A DNA stretch of 64,000 bases from Candidatus Bathyarchaeia archaeon (GTDB taxonomy: Archaea > Thermoproteota > Bathyarchaeia > Bathyarchaeales > Bathycorpusculaceae), in contig JBEKTQ010000008.1 in NCBI GenBank assembly GCA_049515895.1, positions 45,241 through 109,240 of the forward strand, given 5' to 3'. Made by a program: the position numbers and the translations under genes. Each line of letters begins with the position of its first letter. Position 1 is the first letter of the stretch. The notes under the pieces were generated by a model. That model worked only from the letters and a program-made list of their open reading frames with translations, was not told where the DNA came from and made no database searches. Shown piece by piece: positions 42,162-51,986 of this stretch.

Positions 42162-42539
42162 TTGACAGATAGAGTAGTAGTTCCAGTCGAAGATCAAAAA
42201 GGCTTGGATGCTTGTTTAGCACAGCATTTTGGAAGAGCTCCTTACTATGCAATCGTTGACTTAGACGAAAACGGAAATGTTTCAAACGTTAAAACCGTTC
42301 CAAATACGGGTGAACACTTTGGCGGCACCGCAGATGCTCATAGCCAGCTCTTGGAACTGAAGCCAAACGCAATAGTAGCTTACGGAATGGGACCCCGAGG
42401 ATTAAATAGTTTTCAAAGCGCTGGAATTTCAGTGCTTCAAACAACCGCAAACACAGTTGCTGAAGTGGTTAACGCCTACAAAGAAGATAAGCTCCCAGAC
42501 CTTACAAAAGGCTGCGAACATGCACATCACCACCACTAA
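42162..42539 (+). CDS. NifB/NifX family cluster-binding protein
   Basis: HFGRAPY, GMGPRG, CEHAHHHH tail. Confidence 0.88.
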   Translation: MTDRVVVPVEDQKGLDACLAQHFGRAPYYAIVDLDENGNVSNVKTVPNTGEHFGGTADAHSQLLELKPNAIVAYGMGPRGLNSFQSAGISVLQTTANTVAEVVNAYKEDKLPDLTKGCEHAHHHH

Positions 42540-42622
42540 ATTAGAGAATCGCTTCTAAACCAATTTACTAAAATCTTTCTTTTATTTTACAAATACTCAA
42601 AAGGGAACCATGAGGTCCATAA

Positions 42623-43879
42623 ATGGTCGAAAAAAGGGTAACCCTTAAAAAAGGCGAGGATGCAGCAAGACTTTCCACTATTGTTGTTCTAGTGCTCAGT
42701 ATTCTGAGAGGCATTGTTTCCGTCGCAAGTGGCAGCGTTGCGCTTTTGGCAGGCACAATCGACTCATTCTCGGATGTTTTTTCTTCTGCAGCCGTTTGGG
42801 CAGGTCTTAATATTGCCAAGAAGAAACCGACCGAGAGGTTTCCTTATGGATACTTTAAGGCAGAAACTTTTGCTTTGCTAATAGTAGCCTTGATACTTAT
42901 GGCTTCCAGCGTTTTGATTATCTGGGAGTCTTTTCAGAAGTTGTTTGAGGTATATGTTATCTCATTTTCCAACGTCGCGCTAGGAATTGCAGCCTTCTCA
43001 GCGGTCGTTTATTATCTGCTTGGCAAATTCAAGGGCAGAGTGGGACGCCAGATTGGTTCCCAGGCTCTGATAAGTGAGGGTATGCATTCTATGGTTGATG
43101 TCTACGCTTCTTTATTGGTTTTTGTCGGCGTTTTTCTTGGAGTACTCGGTTTTCACTTCGGTGAGGCCCTTATTGGCTTCATTATTGGTGTCTATGTTCT
43201 AATCAGGGGCTTACTTTTCGGAAAAGACGCAGCGTTGGTCTTGATGGATGTTTCGCCAAACCCGCAAATGGTTAACAAAATGAAAGCGATAGCTGAAAGT
43301 GTTCCCGGAGTTAGAGGGAGCCACGATATTAGAATGAGAAAATCTGGACCCGTGTTTTTCGGGGAAATGCATATCGAACTACAAGAGGGTCTTTCTTTAG
43401 AAAGAGCCCATGTGATATCAGAGGATGTAGAGACAAGAATCAAGGAAAATTTCAAAGACATTGAATTAGTAACCGTTCACGTAGGGCTTGCGCATAAGAA
43501 AAAAATTCTAATTGCGACTCCTATAATGGAAGACAAAGGATTGGACTCGCTAACTAGTACCCATTTTGGCAGTGCTCCTTACTTTGGCTTCACACAGGTT
43601 GAAGAAAGTCAAGTATTAAGCTTCTATGTTAAGGAGAATAAAGGAGCAAAGTTACAGCACAAAAAGGGGATACAGGCCGCAGATTTATTGGTTGAAGAGA
43701 AAGTAGACGTTTTACTCACGGTAGACGTTGGCGAAGGTCCCTTCCACGTTCTGGGAAATAACTTGATACAGATTTATCAAATTCAAAGACCCCTTAAAAT
43801 CCGTGAAGCAGTAAATCTTTTTAGTGAACGTTCGTTGGAAAAACTAGTAGCACCGACCGAGGAGGATACGACTGAATAA
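42623..43879 (+). CDS. CDF cation transporter fused to a NifX-like domain
   Basis: DSFSD, FPYGY.K.E, HSMVD; C-terminal HFGSAPYF. Confidence 0.88.
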   Translation: MVEKRVTLKKGEDAARLSTIVVLVLSILRGIVSVASGSVALLAGTIDSFSDVFSSAAVWAGLNIAKKKPTERFPYGYFKAETFALLIVALILMASSVLIIWESFQKLFEVYVISFSNVALGIAAFSAVVYYLLGKFKGRVGRQIGSQALISEGMHSMVDVYASLLVFVGVFLGVLGFHFGEALIGFIIGVYVLIRGLLFGKDAALVLMDVSPNPQMVNKMKAIAESVPGVRGSHDIRMRKSGPVFFGEMHIELQEGLSLERAHVISEDVETRIKENFKDIELVTVHVGLAHKKKILIATPIMEDKGLDSLTSTHFGSAPYFGFTQVEESQVLSFYVKENKGAKLQHKKGIQAADLLVEEKVDVLLTVDVGEGPFHVLGNNLIQIYQIQRPLKIREAVNLFSERSLEKLVAPTEEDTTE

Positions 43880-44025
43880 ATGTTAATCTTTTGTCTTATC
43901 CTGACGAAGTTCAATTATGGAGCTTTTAGTTTCAGGATCATTTATTTCGCCACTTAACATTCAACAAAAAATGATTTTAGTCAGGGTTTAAAAAAAGAAT
44001 TTGGTAACATCTTTTATATTAATTG

Positions 44026-44071
44026 GTTTATTTTATAAACGCAAGATATTAATATCGTTTAGCAATTAAAC
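44026..44071 (+). promoter_or_regulatory. Double operator flanking TATA (copy 2) upstream of cdhA
   Basis: GTTTATTTTATAAAC at 44026-44040; TATTAATA at 44047-44054; GTTTAGCAATTAAAC at 44057-44071. Confidence 0.85.
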
Positions 44072-44093
44072 TACCTTCCAATGAGGGTTTAAC

Positions 44094-46442
44094 TTGACAA
44101 GCAAAAATGTACATTTAAAAATTGGCGAACTTAACACTAACATTGGTCAAGTAAAGAATTTAGAATTATCCGTTGGAAGAATTATTAACGATTCATGGGA
44201 AGAGCAGATGGGACCAACTCCAATGCCTGGTCTAACAACCTTGCGGAGTTGGGACATGAAACTTCTTAACAAATACAGACCATTCTACATGCCTGATTGC
44301 GACGTCTGCTGTTTATGCACTTATGGTAAGTGTGATTTGACGGCAGGGAAACGTGGAGCCTGTGGACTGGATATGGCCGCGCAGTCATCCCGCATAGTTC
44401 TTTTAGCTTGCAGTATAGGCGCGGCAACCCACACTGGTCACGCTCGACATGTAGTTGATCACTTAATCGAGAAATATGGTCGACGGTATCCATTAGATGT
44501 AGGTGGATTAAACGTTAAAGTAGAAGCTCCAGTTATCAGGCTTGTTACCGGAATAAAACCTGAAACTCTCGGTGACTTAGACGAAGTTTTGGAATATTGC
44601 GAGAAGCAAATTACTCATTTACTATCTGTTGCACACACTGGTCAAGAAGCAAATAACTTGGATTTTGAATCTAAGGCATTACATGCAGGGAGAATCGACC
44701 AAGTAGGCATGGAAGTTGCAGATGTTGCTCAAATCTCAACACTAAATTTTCCAAAAGCTGATCCCGAAGCACCGCTCATTAAAATGGGAATCGGATCAGT
44801 TGACATAACCAAACCTGTTATCATGTGCATCGGTCACAATGTTGTTCCCTCGGTTGGAATTATCGATTACATGAAAGAAAGCAAGCTGGATGATAAGATG
44901 GAAGTCGTGGGGCTATGTTGCACCGCCTTCGACAACACCCGATATTACGATAGGGCAAAAATCGTTGGTCCAATCTCTTGGCAATTAAGATTCATACGCG
45001 GCGGATTTGCAGACGTAGTTGTACTCGATGAGCAATGCGTCCGCACCGACTGCTATGACGAAGCTCAAAAAGTCCGTGCTCCGGTAATCGCTGCCTCGGA
45101 AAAGAACTGCGTCGGCTTCCAGGATCGCACAAACGATCCAGCCGATGAAATCGTCGCCGACCTCGTAAGCGGAAAAGTTGCTGGTGTATTGATTCTTAAT
45201 CCAGAAAAAGTCGGTGAAGTAGCAGTTAAAGTTGCAAAGCAAATTGCCCCTATTCGCAAGAAGATGAAAAATCTTCCAAGTTTGGATGAAATTAAACAAA
45301 TAGCCAAAACATGCAGACAATGCAACCTTTGCCAAAGAAGTTGTCCACAAGACCTCAAAATTCCTCCAGCTCTAAAGGCAGCAGCCGAAGGAAACATCGG
45401 GCCACTAACAGAATTATATGAAGAATGCATCGGATGCGGACGCTGTGAAGAAGCATGCCCACAAAAAATCATGATCCACAGCCTCATCGTTAAAGCAGGC
45501 GAAAAATTCATGCTATCAGAATCTAACTTATGCCGTGCAGGCAGAGGAGCAGTGCAAGACATAGAAATACGCACTGTCGGTAGCCCAATCGTTTTAGGTG
45601 AAATCCCGGGCATACTTGCAGTTGTTGGCTGCGCCAATTACCCTCATGGCGGCAGAGACGTATACGAAATATGCAGAGAATTTGCCAATCGACGCTTGAT
45701 CGTTGTAACATCAGGATGCTCAGCCATGTCTGCAGGCAGTTACCGAAATAACGAAGGTAAAACACTTTACGAGGAATTTCCAGGCGGCTTCGAGGCTGGA
45801 GGAGTTCTTAACGTTGGTTCATGTGTTGCAAATAGCCATATTGCAGGCGCAGCCATAAAAGTCGCTAGCATCTTTGCAAAGAGAAACCTGAGAGGTAACT
45901 ACGAGGAAATCGCTGATTATATTCACAACCGCGTCGGTGCAGTGGGCTTAGCATGGGGTGCATACTCACAGAAAGCTGCATCAATCGCATCAGGTTTCTG
46001 GAGTCTAGGCGTTCCAGTTCTTGTTGGGCCTCATGGGAGTAAATACCGTCGTATGCTTTTGGGCAGAGAAGACAAACCCGAAGGCTGGGAAGTCTATGAT
46101 GCACGCACAGGCGACAAAGTTAACGTTGGTCCAGCACCTGAACACTTGTTCCAAACGGTTGAAACACCACAAGAAGCAATGGTGTATATCGCAAAACTAT
46201 GCATCAGACCAAATGATACATGGAAGGGACGCAGCATAAAGCTAAGCCACTATATTGACCTGCACAAACGTTACTATGGATGCATGCCCAAAGACTTGCA
46301 CTTGTTCGTTAGAACAATGGCTGACGTACCAATGACCATGAAAGATGAATTCGCTAAGATCCTTGAAGCTCATGACTGGAAAGAAACAGTAATTCCGGAC
46401 CCAACTTTGCTTCCAAGAATGGTCCGTAAAATGAAGGAGTGA
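44094..46442 (+). CDS. cdhA: ACDS/CO dehydrogenase alpha subunit
   Basis: CDVCCLCTYGKC, CIGHN, GLCCT, DEQC, two ferredoxin motifs, GSCVANSH. Confidence 0.96.
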   Translation: MTSKNVHLKIGELNTNIGQVKNLELSVGRIINDSWEEQMGPTPMPGLTTLRSWDMKLLNKYRPFYMPDCDVCCLCTYGKCDLTAGKRGACGLDMAAQSSRIVLLACSIGAATHTGHARHVVDHLIEKYGRRYPLDVGGLNVKVEAPVIRLVTGIKPETLGDLDEVLEYCEKQITHLLSVAHTGQEANNLDFESKALHAGRIDQVGMEVADVAQISTLNFPKADPEAPLIKMGIGSVDITKPVIMCIGHNVVPSVGIIDYMKESKLDDKMEVVGLCCTAFDNTRYYDRAKIVGPISWQLRFIRGGFADVVVLDEQCVRTDCYDEAQKVRAPVIAASEKNCVGFQDRTNDPADEIVADLVSGKVAGVLILNPEKVGEVAVKVAKQIAPIRKKMKNLPSLDEIKQIAKTCRQCNLCQRSCPQDLKIPPALKAAAEGNIGPLTELYEECIGCGRCEEACPQKIMIHSLIVKAGEKFMLSESNLCRAGRGAVQDIEIRTVGSPIVLGEIPGILAVVGCANYPHGGRDVYEICREFANRRLIVVTSGCSAMSAGSYRNNEGKTLYEEFPGGFEAGGVLNVGSCVANSHIAGAAIKVASIFAKRNLRGNYEEIADYIHNRVGAVGLAWGAYSQKAASIASGFWSLGVPVLVGPHGSKYRRMLLGREDKPEGWEVYDARTGDKVNVGPAPEHLFQTVETPQEAMVYIAKLCIRPNDTWKGRSIKLSHYIDLHKRYYGCMPKDLHLFVRTMADVPMTMKDEFAKILEAHDWKETVIPDPTLLPRMVRKMKE

Positions 46443-46448
46443 TAAGAT

Positions 46449-47018
46449 ATGTCATGTGAACCTTGGCAATGTGCAGAAATAGCCGCAACTAAAAAAGCAA
46501 ACCCAATTCAAAAACCTGAGATAGCAGTAGCAATGATCAAAAAAGCCCAACGTCCCCTTCTCATTGTGGGAAGCAACGCAACTGAAAGGTACATGGAAGG
46601 CAAACAATTAATCGAATACCTAATCGACTTCGCTAACGCCTCCAAAGTACCGATTGTAGCCACAGCTCACATGGTTGGCGAATTCCTAAAGCGCGGCTAC
46701 CAACCAGCAGATTTCATGCCCGCAACGGATATCGGCAATAGGCTTGTAGACCCAGACTGGCAAGGGATCGATGGAAATGGACACCCTGACTTGGTGTTAT
46801 TCGTCGGACTGCCATATTATATGGAAGCTTTAATCTTATCCGGTCTAAAGCACTTTGCACCAAACCTCAAAACCATGACCATAGACAACTTATATCATCC
46901 GCATGCAAGCTGGTCTTTCCCAAATGCAACTCTCGAGGAATGGGCCTCAAATCTCAAAGTCATAACCTCAAAGTTCGAAGAAGCGTCCGAAAACATTTTG
47001 AAAAGCTCGCTAAGGTAA
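46449..47018 (+). CDS. cdhB: ACDS/CO dehydrogenase epsilon subunit
   Basis: KKAQRPLLIVG, DPDWQGIDG.G..DL, LKHFAP, HPHA.WSF.N. Confidence 0.93.
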   Translation: MSCEPWQCAEIAATKKANPIQKPEIAVAMIKKAQRPLLIVGSNATERYMEGKQLIEYLIDFANASKVPIVATAHMVGEFLKRGYQPADFMPATDIGNRLVDPDWQGIDGNGHPDLVLFVGLPYYMEALILSGLKHFAPNLKTMTIDNLYHPHASWSFPNATLEEWASNLKVITSKFEEASENILKSSLR

Positions 47019-47259
47019 AAGTGGAGTGTGTGAATTAGCGCAATCGCTACTCGACGATATGAACTTAGCTCGACTGGTGCTGATTGCCACAAAACCTTGG
47101 AAAAGAAATTTTTAATTCCCCCTTTATCTTTAAAACAAAATTTTATCGGATAAAAAGCATGTGCAAATCCTTTTGCGATCTGCAATTTGTGGCCAGACAA
47201 CAGCAATTGCTATTTAAATTAAACATAAAGAAACTTTAAGGAAGGCGCTATTGCAAAGT

Positions 47260-47305
47260 GTTTACTTTATAAACAAAACCTATTAATAGCGTTTACGCAC
47301 CAAAC
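47260..47305 (+). promoter_or_regulatory. Double operator flanking TATA (copy 3) upstream of the OsmC gene
   Basis: GTTTACTTTATAAAC at 47260-47274; TATTAATA at 47281-47288; GTTTACGCACCAAAC at 47291-47305. Confidence 0.85.
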
Positions 47306-47347
47306 ATTATAGTCAACTAAACACGAAAAGAACAGAAATAAATTGAA

Positions 47348-47776
47348 TTGGTGAGTAAAATGCCAAAAATTAAAGCAAAAGCAACATGGGTTGAAAATGT
47401 GCGTTCAAAGGTTGATAATCAAAGAAACCATAGCGTAGAATGTGATCTCTCGACTGCTGCAGGCGGAACTGATTGTGGTCCAACCGCGGTTGAACTTAGT
47501 TTAATGGCGCTAGCCGATTGCGGAGTTACAATTTTCGCGGATGTTTGCAAAAAAAGCAACATAAAATTGACCAAGGTTGAAGTAATTGCCGAAGCCGATA
47601 AATCTCCGGATTCGCCGATTATTAGCGGCGTTACCATGAAGGTCAACGCTTCCTCAAACGCTAGAAAAGAACTGCTGGAGGCAGCATGGCGAAGAACCGA
47701 AGCAAACTGTCCGGTTTTGTACATTTTCAAAGACCCAATTCCCGTAAAAGTTGAATTCGAAGGAAAATCAGAATAA
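47348..47776 (+). CDS. OsmC family protein
   Basis: GGTD.GPT..EL...LA.C and CPV. Confidence 0.87.
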   Translation: MVSKMPKIKAKATWVENVRSKVDNQRNHSVECDLSTAAGGTDCGPTAVELSLMALADCGVTIFADVCKKSNIKLTKVEVIAEADKSPDSPIISGVTMKVNASSNARKELLEAAWRRTEANCPVLYIFKDPIPVKVEFEGKSE

Positions 47777-47819
47777 ACATCTGATTTTGCTTATTCAAGA
47801 AAAAATGGGAGGTGATTCA

Positions 47820-48104
47820 GTGTTATTTGAGGCAACACATAAACACAAAGCGTCTCAGTGCCCACTGCTGACATCTGAAGGCAAAGGCATGCTCAAAAAA
47901 CTGTTTTCCGAAGAGAACGCCAAGAACGCAGGGGTCAAAATAGTCGCGGGCTACATGAGCTGCCCGAAAGACACAGCGGATGATCACAAAGGTTTCTTCA
48001 CGTTAGAGGCGGACACCCCTAATGCAGTTTCAAAATTTTTCGGTCAGATGGCTGTTGAAGTGAGGCCAGTTCAACCCTTGAGCGAAGTTGCAAAAAATCT
48101 ATAA
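47820..48104 (+). CDS. Small alpha/beta protein with HxH...CP motif
   Basis: GGAGGTGA SD before GTG 47820; HKHKASQCP, H.GFF..EAD. Confidence 0.65.
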   Translation: MLFEATHKHKASQCPLLTSEGKGMLKKLFSEENAKNAGVKIVAGYMSCPKDTADDHKGFFTLEADTPNAVSKFFGQMAVEVRPVQPLSEVAKNL

Positions 48105-48689
48105 CAAGACAAAACACAATTGCCACTCCTTTTACCGAGCAAGCATACCAATATCCAAACAATCCCTCACCCATCAAGCCATCGATGGCGTGGTAAAAGT
48201 AAAGTGCGAACAGGCGGAATGTGCGATGCGTCTTTAGGGCTTTAAGGTGCGTACTTACTTTAAACATATTAGACTTCAAATAAGCTTAATCTGGGCGGCC
48301 AGGCTCCCACATCTGGTCCAGAATTCCCTTTGCCAGAAAATCGGTCGAATATTTAAGCAGCTCAACTGGGTTAAGGTCTAAAGTTGGAGTCGACCATCGC
48401 TTGGTCTGCAACGTTTGCACCCTAGTGCTGAACGCGTCATACCATCGATGGTTTGGCATAAAGCAACAGTAGCGTCTTTTGCAAAATATGCCTTTAAGTG
48501 ATGGGTAATCATGCGCTTTGAGGCTTGGCCTGGTACTGCTTCTACGATATCATCGATGATATGGCACAAAGTAGTGTAAGTAATTTTGTGCTTTCGAATG
48601 TTGGTGCAATGGAACGCTATCCTCTATGGCGTACTATAAGCCAACAAGCGGGAGAATTGGGGTCTGATTGTTCATCTGCATAACGACTG

Positions 48690-49403
48690 TTACTCAATTT
48701 CTGGGTGCTGTATCTGCATTTTTGCCTTTAGCCGCCTTGCGTCTTCTTGTTCAAGTATCCTTGTTAATTCTGATACTGTCCTTGGATGCTTATACAAGAA
48801 ATCCCACATAGTCATGAATTCGCGCACTAAATTATTAATTTGATTCTGAAGAATATCCGGCAGTTCTTCATCTTTGACCAAACGAGCAAAAACCGTTGGA
48901 TCTGTTAACGGCTGGAGACAAGCTTTCACTAGCGCATCATATTGTTTGTAAAAGGTCTTCATTTCTTTCTTGCTAATCTTTCTGTTAAGGATGTTATTGA
49001 TCGCTGTGACAAATGCTTCATCGTTGTCTTCATCGTTATAATGAGTCTTTGAATCAATTTCACGCCAAACTTGATTGTATATATGTTCCGTCATTTCCTT
49101 GGATTCAGCGATGGACTTGCCAAGAGCTTCTATTATGTAATTGCCGATAAGGCCAAATTGGCCCTTTGTCTTCTTATATTCTTCACTAAGCTTGTAAACC
49201 ACTTGTCCGTGGCCTTTTTCAATTCTTTCAAGTTTGCCTTGTAGCCTCAAAATACTCAATCGCCTCCAAGCTGTCCGTTTTTCATTTTCTTCAAACTTGT
49301 TGACGATAATGCTGGCTGCAAACTCCTCACTTTCATTTTCTCCAGTCCATAATTGGAGAATTTCCTTGTCTAATTTGCTCCCGCGCAAACTTTTTGACCT
49401 CAA
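48690..49403 (-). CDS. Hypothetical protein with wHTH-like N-terminus (possible element regulator)
   Basis: RRLSILRLQGKLERI...YKLS; divergent from the integrase operon. Confidence 0.55.
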   Translation of the reverse strand: MRSKSLRGSKLDKEILQLWTGENESEEFAASIIVNKFEENEKRTAWRRLSILRLQGKLERIEKGHGQVVYKLSEEYKKTKGQFGLIGNYIIEALGKSIAESKEMTEHIYNQVWREIDSKTHYNDEDNDEAFVTAINNILNRKISKKEMKTFYKQYDALVKACLQPLTDPTVFARLVKDEELPDILQNQINNLVREFMTMWDFLYKHPRTVSELTRILEQEDARRLKAKMQIQHPEIE

Positions 49404-49606
49404 TTTGGATGTACTGACATATACAAACTTATAAAAAAACTACATTGTCATCAGAAGGCTAATGGGTTGGCTTAGAAACAAGGAATTTTCTGAATTAACC
49501 ATGTTTCCATAGCTTTCAAGTATCTTCAAGTGTCAAGTAAACAATTTGTAATATATACAAAATGTCAGAGAATGTTTGTATATTTAATGAATAAAATTAG
49601 TAATCA

Positions 49607-50083
49607 GTGACTAAAATGCAAAAAAGTAATGAAACAAACGAACAAGAAGTTCCCATTATCTTTGTGGTAGCCGAAGTGCCTGAAAAGAAAAAACCCGAGA
49701 GACGATTTGTTTGCTGTTTAGAAGGCAGGCCCTTTGAAAAAATGAGTATCGGAAACCTGCTTACATTACCGTTTATCTACATTAACAAAACAACGGATGA
49801 ATGCTCAGCAGGGCATCGTTGCTTAAACCTGTCCTGTTATTATAACAAAACGACGTTTGATAGCTATGCTGACTTCCATAATGAACCAGTAGCTTGCAGA
49901 CCAAAACTTTTGAAAAAATGGCCTAAATTAACGCAAAACGGACAAGACCTTATTCAAGCGGCGGAAAAATGCAAAGAAGCGCACGCCAAAAACCCGAATA
50001 TTCGCGTTTTTTGTGTTAGAAACGGTGTACTGCTAGAGACTAAAACGTCGGTAAAAAAAGCGACCAACCAAAAGAAGGCTTGA
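49607..50083 (+). CDS. Hypothetical Cys-containing protein
   Basis: Open frame at the head of the integrase operon. Confidence 0.5.
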   Translation: MTKMQKSNETNEQEVPIIFVVAEVPEKKKPERRFVCCLEGRPFEKMSIGNLLTLPFIYINKTTDECSAGHRCLNLSCYYNKTTFDSYADFHNEPVACRPKLLKKWPKLTQNGQDLIQAAEKCKEAHAKNPNIRVFCVRNGVLLETKTSVKKATNQKKA

Positions 50084-50085
50084 AT

Positions 50086-50515
50086 ATGGAAGAAGGTGTT
50101 CATAAACAGCTCCAGTGGGTTCATTATTGAAATGGCCAAAAATCTCCAATTGCGTGGCTATAAAGAGGTAACAATTGATAATTACAGATTCGACGTTGTA
50201 TGGCGAAAACGTGCAGATTCTTGTCCATTCGCAGTTTTTGAAATTAGCTCAGTTCGTGACATTTCCATAGCTGTTGCTCGATTAAGAGCTGCAAGAATTA
50301 AATTTGGAAATCCATTACTCTATCTGGTTATCGAAAAGGAAGACATTGAAAAAGCACAACAAATAATCGCAAATTCTTTCGCCGAACTATTGAATCAACT
50401 TAAAGTTCTAACGACTAAAGACATTCTAACATATAGCAAGTTGCTATCGCAATACGATGACATGATGGGCAGGATATTTCCTGAAAAACCAACTCTGTGG
50501 TTTAGAAGAAAATGA
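50086..50515 (+). pseudogene. PD-(D/E)XK-like nuclease domain, apparently frameshifted at 50116-50120
   Basis: ATG 50086 gives MEEGVHKQLQW; the +1 frame continues FIIEMAK...FDVVW...FAVFEI. Confidence 0.55.
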
Positions 50516-50530
50516 CAACCTTAAGAAATA

Positions 50531-51709
50531 ATGGTCCGGCTAGCTGACCGTAAAATGTCTAGTTTCGCCCCCGCCCCCTTTTGCCCCGAATGCAGATCAA
50601 CAAAGCTCTTTAGGGACGGTTTTCGTACTCTTAAAAATGCTATTAAAGTTCAGCGTTGGCTCTGCAGAGAATGTGGTTACAGATTTAGCAAGCCTTTACG
50701 CTTACGAAAAATTCAGCAACGGCGGTTAAATACGGCAGATGCTCTACAGTTTAGCAACCAAATATGCGCGTTAGAGGCGAAAAATTTGGAACCGCAAACA
50801 GAAATCAATACTGTTGCGGGTGAAAATCTCCAAGACAACAAAGGCAAAATCATTGAATTCGCTTGGTGGATGAAAAAACAAGGCTACAAGGAAGGCACTG
50901 TTGTATGCAGGTCAAAACTCCTTAAAGTCATGGTGAAAAGAGGTGCAAACCTGTATGATCCCGAAACAATCAAAGACGTTATTGCGAAACAAACCTGGTC
51001 TGAAGGCAGAAAAGAAAACGCAGTAAACGCTTACTCCACATTTCTAAAAATGATAGGAGGAACATGGAGCCCACCCATCTACGGAAGAATACAAAAACTC
51101 CCCTTCATACCAAAAGAAGAAGAAATTGACGCACTAATAGCAAGCTGCGCACCAAAAGCGGCAACACTACTTCAAACCCTTAAGGAAACAGCGGCCAGAG
51201 TTGGAGAAGCATGGGCGCTTCAGTGGACAGATGTTGACATTGAAAATAGAACGCTAAGAATTACACCAGAAAAAGGAAGCAATCCTCGTATATTCAAAAT
51301 TAGTCCGAAACTGATGTCAATGCTGTTAGCACTGCCACGTAAAGGCAACTGCATATTCGGAAGCTACCCTCTTCGCGGCTACAGAACGTGCTTTACAAGG
51401 CAACGCAAAAAAGCTGCGAGGAAGCTGGGGAATCCACGCTTGCTACAGATAACATTTCACACCTTTAGACATTGGAAGGCCACAATGGAATACCACAAAA
51501 CCAAAGACATCCTTTACGTAATGAAACTATTAGGGCATAAGAGCATTAAGAACACTTTGATCTACACACAACTGATAGAATTTGATGACAACGATCAATT
51601 TGTCTGCAAAGTTGCCAAGACTGTTAAAGAAGCCAGCGAACTAATAGAAAGCGGCTTTGAGTATGTCTGTGCAATGGACGACGCCAAGCTATTTAAAAAA
51701 CGTAAATAA
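50531..51709 (+). CDS. Tyrosine recombinase/integrase with N-terminal Zn ribbon
   Basis: AARVGE (R), EKGS (K), HTFRH, LLGH, IY catalytic set; ends 40 bp from the tRNA 3' end. Confidence 0.93.
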   Translation: MVRLADRKMSSFAPAPFCPECRSTKLFRDGFRTLKNAIKVQRWLCRECGYRFSKPLRLRKIQQRRLNTADALQFSNQICALEAKNLEPQTEINTVAGENLQDNKGKIIEFAWWMKKQGYKEGTVVCRSKLLKVMVKRGANLYDPETIKDVIAKQTWSEGRKENAVNAYSTFLKMIGGTWSPPIYGRIQKLPFIPKEEEIDALIASCAPKAATLLQTLKETAARVGEAWALQWTDVDIENRTLRITPEKGSNPRIFKISPKLMSMLLALPRKGNCIFGSYPLRGYRTCFTRQRKKAARKLGNPRLLQITFHTFRHWKATMEYHKTKDILYVMKLLGHKSIKNTLIYTQLIEFDDNDQFVCKVAKTVKEASELIESGFEYVCAMDDAKLFKKRK

Positions 51710-51749
51710 ACTGAAGTTATCCGCCGAGAAGCTGAGGATTCTGCCAAAG

Positions 51750-51822
51750 AGCTGGGGATGGGAATTGAACCCACATATAACAGCTCTGCAGGCTGTCGCC
51801 TGAACCGTTCGGCCACCCCAGC
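51750..51822 (-). tRNA. tRNA-Cys(GCA) copy 2 (integration target; CCA not encoded)
   Basis: GCTGGGG TG GCCG AACGGTTC AGGC G ACAGC CTGCAGA GCTGT TATAT GTGGG TTCAATT CCCAT CCCCAGC T. Confidence 0.93.
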
Positions 51823-51986
51823 ACAGAATTCTAGGGTTGTGTCCCTCATAAAAATATTGGGGGCTTCGTTTTTTTGTTTGTGCAGTTTTGCGCTTGATGC
51901 GTACGCTTTATTTCAGATATAACGTTGTTATAAAGATTGCTAAACCCTTAAATAATTTTTGACTCTTGTATTTTTCCCGTGTAAGA

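Larger units (their letters stand above)
31890..51770. mobile_element. Integrative element / genomic island (~19.9 kb) in tRNA-Cys
   Basis: 29-bp direct repeats covering the tRNA 3' end; tyrosine integrase adjacent to the tRNA; accessory cargo. Confidence 0.88.

Noticed and set aside
48378-48569. 63-aa minus-strand ORF in the island
   Set aside because: No recognisable motif or ribosome-binding site; cannot be supported from sequence alone.
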